From Rotaria socialis (lineage: Eukaryota), in the NCBI GenBank assembly GCA_905331295.1, contig CAJNYD010000007.1, forward strand, positions 96,062 to 116,061: DNA of 20,000 nucleotides, given 5' to 3'. Below, piece after piece: positions 11,401 through 20,000 of this stretch. The position numbers and the translations under genes were made by a program. Position 1 is the first letter of the stretch. Every line of letters starts with the position of its first letter. The notes beneath the pieces were generated by a model. That model was not told the DNA's origin. It was given only the letters and a program-made list of their open reading frames with translations, and did not search any database.

Positions 11401-12669
11401 CTATATCTTTATTATAAAAAGCAAGCATGTTTCTTTTCAAATTTAAATTGCATCTGTCTCTTCACTGTCTTCATAAAAACCAATTGAATCGATAGTCTTC
11501 TCTTCGTTTTTCTTTTTCGTTCGACTTTTTATGAGGTTAATGAAATTTTGTACTACGCTGATAGGATGGATTTTCATTCTTTTTTCTTTCGTCATTTTAC
11601 CACTAGTACACTGATTAACTTCATACAAACTATCAACCATCAAAAATATCAATATCCGATCAGATTTCATAGATATGCAAAGACAGATAAAACATGTAGT
11701 TACATACGCATGTTTTATTGCCTGAGTGTTTTCTTTTGATATAAATATGCGTCTTCTATTATTATTACATTATTTTTTGGAAAAAATAATGTATACAATT
11801 AAGACACTGAGCAAATAATTCAGTTCAAGTTTTCCTTTTTGGAGGCTATTATTAGTGCAATCAAACGCATTTAGTATTCTTGATGTTTACTGCTGCTGTT
11901 GCTGGTAACAGAAGACAAGCACTCCTTTTTTGTTCGTTTGCCGGATGGCGTTAGCAAAAAGAGCCCATAAAATAAGGCAACATACCGACTTTAAGGGAAA
12001 GAAAAATGAGAATGGAAGAGAACAAGAGGAAGAAAAAACAGAAGGAAGAAAACAGCAGTAGACTGATGCGTTCGATGCAATATATACTTATGGATGAGTA
12101 AAAGAGGAACAGTGAGGAAAACTTGTGATGGTTGTCTGGATAAAAACAAGAGAATAAATAATTCTATTGTACTTAAATCTACGATCATTACCAGGCCATT
12201 GTATTCACTGATCTCATAGAAATTAGAAGTAAGCATTCAAATTGCACACCTATTCTATTTTACGTTAGTATACGTAATTCGCACATTTTATGATCTATTT
12301 CTTTTTTGTTCTCATCAAAGATTATACTAGTGCTTGTATATGTTGATAGAAGCTAATAGTTGCTGATATATGTGTGCATTTATTTACCAACGATCAAGAT
12401 AGGATAATCTTTTTCTCTTCTTCGAGTGTTGTTCATTTCTTTCGTTTGCTCGTTCGTCGAGACCAAGTGATGAAGTATAGTAATTCAGGCAGACATGAAA
12501 ATGTGAGATTTACTCATCGATTGCATTAGACCGACAATTACGACGTTTAACTAAGCGATCGAAAAAGAAATAGAGCGGGTTTAATCGTTCAAGATGAATA
12601 TATTTGAATATGTTTCTTTCAGATTTAAAAAAAATTTGTTTTTATACAAATACTACATTATAAACAAAC

Positions 12670-14654
12670 ATGGGTAATAATTTTCCTCAAAGAAATCCGA
12701 TTCGATCAATAGCAACGACAGACGATGAACTTACTGAATATCCAAAATTAAAAAAGTCTCGTAGTTTACGTGATTACACACGACGTCAATCATTAACTAA
12801 TACTAGTAAAACTAGTAGTAGTCAAAAAAAGACATCATTAACAAGACCAACATCAATGATGCCTACTGATGCTGAAATAATTGATATTCGTAGTTTACGT
12901 TGTGCTTTACCTTTATCAGATATGTTAATCAACGATGAGAAAGCAGCATCCAATAAAAATATTCAAAATGAGAATAAACTAATCAAACAACTTGATTATA
13001 TTCATTCTTGCGTGCGAAAAGATAAAGGTCTATTTGGTAAGCTTTTGTTGAGTTGAGATTTAACAGACAAAAAAAAAAACGAAAACCTATTAATCCTACT
13101 TTTGACTATTTATAAACTTAGGAATGATGACTGAAAATATTCAAAGTAAACATATTTTTTCCAATCATGAACCTGAAAATACGCATACGTTAGATCGATC
13201 TCCAGAAGATTTTCAGATGGATTATCAATCGATTTATTTGCAAACACTCGACGGAGAATTCATACATTCTTATTGGATACCAAAATCAGACGATATCAAT
13301 TCAACATTAACACTTTTATATTTGCATGGTGCAGGAGGAAATATTTCACATCGACTTGAAGTTGTACGATTATTTCATGATAATCTTCATTGTAATATTT
13401 TAATTATTGATTATCGAGGTAAGTAGACAATTAGAAATCTTTCGAAATATGTTCAAAGCGTGTAATAAAAAGAAAGGATCTCAATCATATACATGTAAGG
13501 TTGAGAAATATATCAGGAAATTATCGATCAAAGAATTGTACGATAAGATACACAGACGTGTATATTTTAAAAATCTTGTTTTGTCTTAAATAGCTATTAG
13601 AATAAGATGAATGCTAAAAATAGATAAGATTATCTGCATAATAGATTATTAGAAGTCTGAAAATGTATTTTTCTCAGCTAACAGTCTATCTATGAAAAAT
13701 AGTCCAATGAAAGAATGGCTCCCGAATTTATATTCATGTAAACTGAACGCTGGAATAATCACTGTAGAGTTTTTATTGTAAGATTGAGATTTATGAGGAA
13801 AATTTGAGCGTATCCTGTGCGATCGATCAAACAGTCATTTCTCATCTTAGTACGTCAGAAATTGGAGGAAAAAGTAATTATATCGGTTTTAGACATGAGT
13901 CGTATACTATCAGGTTTATTCGCTCTGGAAAACAATAAACATTATATATACATTAGTGTCAGTTGTACGGCAGTATTCTATTGTTTTTCTCGTTTGTTAG
14001 AATGCAGAATCGGGTATCACGTACCTGATTGGTGAGATAAAAAAACTTCACTAATATTTAACTAATATTGAAGAATTTTCAATTCTATTTCAAATAGGCT
14101 TTGGTAAAAGTTCTGGTTCACCAACCGAACTTGGTCTTTACATAGATGCTCAAACAGCATATGATTATTTAGTATATAAACAAAAGATTTTACCCGAAAA
14201 TATAATTGTTTTTGGTACAAGTCTTGGCGCATCTGTTGCTATACAACTTGTTAGTGATCCATTAAATCGTGTTAAACTAGCGATATTCGAAAATGCTTTT
14301 ATTTCAGTACCAGAAATAGCCAAATATTTTATAACATACGCTAAAAATGTTATTGGTGTTACAAAATCAATTGGTTTTATTTATTTATTTGATTCATTAC
14401 CTAAAGTACGTCGCATAGAATGTCCCTGTCTATATTTAACCGGTTTGCTTGATCCTATTATTCCTACGTGGATGTCAAATACATTATATAATGAAACACG
14501 TACAGCTCGGAAGCGTCATTTATCTGAGTACCCATTTGGGAAACACAATGACTTACCAATCATGCCTGATTATTTTGAAAATATTCAATCATTCATCGAT
14601 GAGTTACCTTTAATAACTACGCCATCAACTGAACAACAATCGGTGCTGAGATAA
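12670..14654 (+). CDS. Alpha/beta-hydrolase of the ABHD13/ABHD17 (Bem46-like) group, 406 aa; exons 12670-13036, 13122-13418, 14098-14654
   Basis: Two phase-1 GT-AG introns (13037-13121 and 13419-14097) give a 1221-nt open frame. Motifs are TLLYLHGAGGNISHR, ILIIDYRGFGKSSGSPTELGLYIDAQTAYDYL, nucleophile elbow VFGTSLGASVA, IFENAFISV, catalytic Asp in YLTGLLDPIIP and catalytic His in GKHND. Closest by motif to ABHD13, but orthology is not established. Confidence 0.9.
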
Positions 14655-17473
14655 TTGTTGCATTCTAAGAAATATATTTATAAATAAAAATGTAACATGT
14701 GCTCGCTTTGCTACTATAGTTGCCTCTGTTGTTTTTCTTGTTTAATATTCATCTATTTATTATTCACTACTAATGAGCATAGGAAAAAAAGGAAACATGT
14801 TCATCACTATTTATTCTCTTGTAAAGAATAATAAATAAATCATTTCTTCTTTTTCCGCGAAAAACAAGATTTTATTATTTTCTCCCAAATTTTGAAACGT
14901 ACATCATTAGTTATGGAAACTTTTTTTTACTTGAATCAGGATATTATATAATAGACCCAATGATTATAAAAAAATAACTACCATTTTATTCCGGATGATA
15001 TTTTATATCATGTTTGACGCGTAATCGAGTGGAAAAATAATTTGCCTAGCATGCTAACAGCATTTTTATTTAAATAAGATCTAACTTTTGAAAAGAAAAA
15101 CGGTATCGTTGTTTTTAGCTTATTATCATTTCATTTTAATTATCATCGAAATGAAATATTCTATTTTTGACGTTTAATTAGAAGATTTCCATAATGATAA
15201 AATACGTAGTAGAACATCTGTGATCGCATGTATGATCAACATAAAAGTACATCTTTTTATGGCTGACTGATAATTCATATTAAGTAAGTTACAGGAAGAG
15301 GAACAATATTATCTAGCGCATTAAAATCATTCTTAACCACTTTCTGGTCATGCAAAAGATATTGTCAACGATAAAATATAATAGCATGTTTGGGTAATTA
15401 TAGATTTTGAACTTGGATCAAGATGCAATATTAAATAAAAGGTTTTCAAAATTTATGCCTTCACATTTGTTTCTTCTTCGCTAATGCTCTCAAAAACGTG
15501 TATTTATTTCTAGTGTTAAAGCAACATAACTGCTATTCAGAAGGTCAAATTAATTCATTTTTTCATTGAGATGAAGTACAAAAAAAAGGATCGAAGTCAA
15601 GTATTTTTATTCTTTCTAGCAGCAAGCTTATGTTCCATATGTCAAGTAATAAACAAAACACACTACTTCATAGATTCAGAAAAGAATCAGAAAAATTCTC
15701 ATTAATGAGTGGGACTAAAAGAAGGATACAATGATTCTAACGATTGACTATACAGATTTATGTCGTTTTTATCGAAACTAGTAATTCAGATGAAGAATTC
15801 AAATAGCGAATTGAGTAGAAAATATAATTTTCATCAAAGATTTGCAACAAATAAAACATTTACAGTATGTCTAGTGTAGAATTCCACTTTGCCCCCCATA
15901 AATTCATAATTGTTTTTCAATATCTTATACTTGTTGAGTCATCAATCCTAATAAATGAAATTTACATACAAGTTTCCCATATCCATATTTCGATTTCTTG
16001 TGAAATTTACAAACATTTGCCTTTACTGTCAATCATCTTGTTTTCATCGTTGATGAAACTCTTTCTTTTTACGATCAAATAAAGATATAATTTTATAAAT
16101 ACATGTAAATTTGTCATCGAGGATGTTTCTATATTTCTTTCTTTCTTTCTTTAATGATCCTAGTGCTAGATATAATAAAAAAAGACGATGATTTATCGCT
16201 CCTAAATTACATCGAACGATAAGCTGAAATAAAGTATCTTCTATAGCAAGGTTGAAGAAAGATAGACAGTTACTAAAAAATCGGACTTTGAGCAATCGAT
16301 ATGTGCTCAAGAAGTCGGAAATGAACAAAAGATAGGAAAATGTTTTCGAGTATTTAATATTTAATGATATTCAAGATGCTAGATAATAGAGCAAAGAGTA
16401 AAAGCAATATAGATACGCTTCAAGTGCGAACTACTCATCGAACCTATCATGGAGGTTTCAAAGTTTATCTATACTGATCTCATTGACCCAAACTCTTTTA
16501 ATATTTGTACAATGTCGAGATACCATTAATAAAATTATGAATTAATTATTCATCCTCAATAAATGAATGATAAGTGAGAACCACGCATAATATGAATTAA
16601 CTAGATTATGTATTGTTTGTTTATGGTATTCTTATAATTGTAATGATTTAATGTGTCTCATTGGTTATGATCTTTTAAAAAAAAAGTCAACCAAGGGCTA
16701 AGGATCAAGATTATAGATAAGATTATTTATTTTGCTTTGATCTCATCTTTGTTTACTCATTATAAAGAAATTAGTAAAAACAATAATGGCACGGCTTTTA
16801 TGACGATGATGATGGATTATCAGCTGATGTTGACAGGGGCACAACTTCCTGTATGTCTTGCATATGAAAGTCTCTCATTCTTGATAATTTATCTACCATG
16901 AACTAGTTTGTGATTAAAATCTGGATCACGTCGTCTATGACAATGCATTCGATAAGTTTATGTAGTGCCGGAAGAGTTGAATCAAGTGATGTCACAGCAT
17001 ATGCAACTCAAAGACTACTGAAAGCATGATGATAGAGAGAGAGAAAAATGAATATTCAATGAACTATTCCGAATGTCCTAAAACAACAGATAACACGAGT
17101 ACGAAAAGAAAAAGAAAATCTTCTCTTTAATTGTACCCATAAATGCTAACGGTTCCCTTTCATTAACTGAGACTCATTATCACAGTAGTGTCAATATCCC
17201 TAATTACGACAGTAAAAAATTCACTTCGATTGTTCAACTTCGTTCGTGGCCAATTTACTTTCGAATAAAAGTATATTTATATGTGCGTGATCCTTGAAGT
17301 CTCCTCTTTCGAATGGTATGCTTTGAACTTCATTCACTCATATAGTTCTCAAGAAATTAGCGGTCTACGATGAAGACCCTTCGTTGTCATTATTATAGTT
17401 ACTTTCCTTAATTACAACAGTAAGCTATTTTTTGTCCCTAACTACGACACTCTAACAAAATCCAAGCAAAAGC

Positions 17474-18005
17474 CCATTCGACGCAGAATTATTTTCTCTG
17501 CTAGAATATATAATATCGTTTTTTTTATACAAAAAGAATTGAAAAGTTTTCTGACTGGAATACCGATCCAAATAGTCATTCAGTGAAAAAATAGTGCACT
17601 TTTCATACCCATATAAACTCCACCTTTTACAGTCAATCATGAATATTTTTATGCCAAATGTGTAACTCAATAAGTTCTTTCTACTCAGAATCATTTCAAT
17701 GTGAAACTTCAGAACTCAGTTAGCATGGAAGGACACATCTATTTGGGCCCTTATATATATGGAATAGTTCAAGAAGGAGCCAACCAAAGTTCACTTGTTC
17801 GAAAACTCTCGCTCAGTTACCTATTTGGTACAAAAGTGCGTGTTCTGAGCTGCACTATATGCAGTTTTTGTGGGCATCCAAAATTTGGCTGCCTTTCACG
17901 GGATGACTATTGGGGTCGGTATGCCAGCCAAAACATTTTTAAATTGTTTTGATCAAGAAATTATATCACATATTCTAGCAGAGAAAACAGCTCTGCGTCG
18001 AATGG
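17474..18005. repeat. Long imperfect inverted repeat (arms about 17474-17670 and 17810-18005), probable foldback/MITE-type non-autonomous DNA element
   Basis: CCATTCGACGCAGAATTATTTTCTCTGCTAGAATAT (17474-17509) matches the reverse complement of 17970-18005 at 33/36 positions. Collinear similarity continues inward (CTGGAATACCGATCCAAATAGTCAT vs CTGGCATACCGACCCCAATAGTCAT; ATGCCAAATGTGTAACTCA vs GTACCAAATAGGTAACTGA). Confidence 0.8.
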
Positions 18006-18214
18006 ACGTGTTTTGTCAAGGTTTTCGACGAATCTCATGATCGGTTTCCACGAAAAACTGATTTTTCACTCATATATAAATGCCATGGATCTCTGTTATC
18101 ATCCCAGTGACACTAAAAAAATTCTTAATATTTATGATCAGCACACTTTGTTCCATCGATGTATTGAGAACAAAAATAGAATAAAGAAAAAAAATGTTTT
18201 TTCAAATACTTGAG

Positions 18215-18475
18215 CTCAGGTCGACTAATCCGACAACGAATCCTATAGGAACTTGATAATATCCTACTATCCGATACAATTCTATTGGATTCCGGGTCGA
18301 GGAATCGATGTCGGATCTGTCAGTCGGATTCCGTGGAACTTCCGAGGATATCCAACTGTCGGAACCGATAAAGATTCCGTTTATTGGATTTTCATTGGGT
18401 ATTTATTGGATCCGCTGAATATTCGATAGTGTTCTACTATTTTCATTTACACAAATTCCAATAAACGGATTCCAA
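18215..18475. repeat. CCGA/TCGG-rich patch with short direct and inverted motifs, MITE-like fragment
   Basis: Repeated ATCCGA(C/T) and GTCGGA(T/A) motifs occur in both orientations. There is a perfect 13-bp inverted pair TCCGTTTATTGGA (18376-18388) / TCCAATAAACGGA (18457-18469). Confidence 0.55.
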
Positions 18476-18639
18476 ATTGGCATTTAGAAGATCGACACAC
18501 TTCGATGGGCTATCGATGCGTCTTATTCTTTGCACAAAGTATTTCTTTCCTTCAATACACGAGAACATTTCACAAAGAAAACTGTTACTACAATCAATAA
18601 TTAACTTTTATTTTCCTTTTATTATCTTGTTTAAAGACT

Positions 18640-19620
18640 GGCATGCTATCTGCGACGGAACATCATTGTTGTAGCCCTGATCTCTCAAAGTGTAGCATCA
18701 TCATTTTCATCATCATCATAATGATCATCGTCATTGTCACCATTCCCTCTGAGGAAAAATAACAGAGTGTACCATAATGATCATCAGGAGAGTGATGAAA
18801 TGCAGATATTCATGGACTTCAGTCTCTTAGGATGAGGGATTAGTAGTTTAGGTTATTTGTTTTTAGCGTCATTGGTAGTGTCATCGGAAAATTATGAGAA
18901 CTCTGAATGCTCGTTGCTTAGGTATTTAGTGTGTGCTGTTTGGTGATGGTATTTGGTTTAGTTGTTTTTGAAAATAGTGAGCGCAATGGTGGATGTGGAA
19001 TCGGTAATTGACGTGCGGTATACTTCTGTGTTATTCGGTAAGGTATTTATGTAAAATCAGCATGGATCTAAGTGGGTGAGAGAAGTTCTTTGGTTAAGTT
19101 TGACCGGTTTCGTTGTTGAATTCATTCAGCCATTTTTTTGGGAAGTGGCAATTGACGTTTGTTGTTCAGAATGACTGATATAGGGTGTTATGTTTTATTG
19201 GTGTTTTATGGCAGTATTGATGTGTATTGGGATGGGAAGTGTTGCAAGTAGGCTTTGCTGTTGTCTACGATAGAACTGGTTGTCTATGAAAGTCAACACG
19301 GAAAACTACTCGGTGCGTTGTGTTTTGAGTGTTGTGTATTCGGTGAATTGTGGCAATCATGAATGATTTCATCGCATTGCGTTGTTTTGTGTAGCAGGTT
19401 CTGGGTTGTTCACGGAATTGATGAGAATCAAAATCGCTTTAATGAGGTTTGGTACACCGGGAAGTAAATGAAGAAGATAGTTTTGGAAGATTAGTGTTGC
19501 TAAAATTTGCGTTTTGAGTAATGTATGTTAGTAAGAGTGGTTTCGCTTATCGGAAGGTGAGGAAAGGATTGTGATGGAAGATGGTGTTATTGATTGTGTG
19601 CAGCATAGGGCGGGGACTTT
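18640..19620 (-). mobile_element. Degenerate retroelement-like relic (A/C-rich minus strand, fragmented coding-like frames, possible PPT/LTR start)
   Basis: A strong G/T excess on the + strand runs for about 0.8 kb, unlike the flanks. Minus-strand frames give protein-like pieces broken by stops and frameshifts. They are followed on the minus strand by T-run/AGAGGGAATGG/TG and a (GAT)n-rich tract. No RT or integrase motif was recognised. Confidence 0.35.
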
Positions 19621-20000
19621 AATTTTGTTCTAGAAATTAGAGTTTTAGTTGTATTTCTAAGTTTAAATGTTAATGTTAAATTAGGGCACTGTAAAACTTT
19701 ATCTTTAATTAAAGTGAATTAAATTTTTATTTCTTAGCAGAATAGTGTATCATCATTTTTCTATCTACTTATTACGAGCTATAGCTCACAGCTTCAGAAC
19801 AGTTTAACTTCAGCTTTACTTTTGAAGCAGTTTAAGTTGACTAAATCAGAGAAATCAGCAATAAAAATTCGGAGAAGTTTGTGCATTCGCTTTTTTGCCA
19901 AAATACCGGTGATGCTATCATTTTAGTTGACAAATTTGTTTGTGTTTTTATTGTCGCTTTCTTTAATATCGTCCACTTTCACTGTGTAAAAATTAAAGTT

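Noticed and set aside
11443..12236. Short ORFs and the GA-rich, Glu/Lys-coding-like tract around 11990-12130
   Set aside because: The tract is low-complexity with stops in the coding-like frames and no consistent splice structure or motif.
15860..16480. Coding-like fragments on both strands (e.g. EIEIWIWET, MNLWGAKWNSTLDIL)
   Set aside because: They are too fragmentary to assign; they may be relic sequence but no family was recognised.
17197..17451. CRISPR-like reading of the three short direct repeats
   Set aside because: Spacing is irregular (about 190 and 11 nt), the repeats are degenerate, the context is eukaryotic and there are no cas genes.
17452..18213. ORFs 17452..17694, 17701..17952 and 18013..18213 as transposase fragments
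   Set aside because: They lie in or next to the palindrome, are short and show no DDE, RT or Rep/helicase motif.
18760..18790. CTGATGA on the minus strand (also at about 7384 on plus) as a hammerhead ribozyme core of a Penelope-like element
   Set aside because: No stem II followed by GAAA and no flanking helices could be built by eye.
19687..19700. CACTGTAAAA as a possible transposon terminal repeat
   Set aside because: No matching inverted end was seen within the window, and it is too short to support.

Overview
AT-rich eukaryotic genomic DNA with short (about 52-63 nt) GT-AG introns. The intron sizes and gene families suggest a bdelloid rotifer (inference). From left to right it contains: (1) the last two exons of a divergent nuclear hormone receptor (ligand-binding domain, +); (2) a complete 7-exon gene on the - strand for a 564-aa type I membrane protein (signal peptide, MAM-like domain with a nested Cys-rich module, Thr-rich mucin stalk, TM helix); (3) the 3' end of a type II glutamine synthetase directly after a 100-N gap; (4) an unusual C2H2 zinc-finger plus HNH (His-Me finger)-like nuclease reading frame that appears to be decaying, followed 58 bp later by a small Helitron-like element; (5) a complete 3-exon ABHD13-like serine hydrolase with a long non-membrane N-terminal extension; (6) a 17-19.6 kb zone of repeats and relics (a ~530-bp imperfect palindrome, a CCGA/TCGG-rich MITE-like patch and a strand-skewed retroelement-like remnant). 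The most interesting item is the zinc finger-HNH gene. All assignments come from reading motifs by eye; no database search was run.
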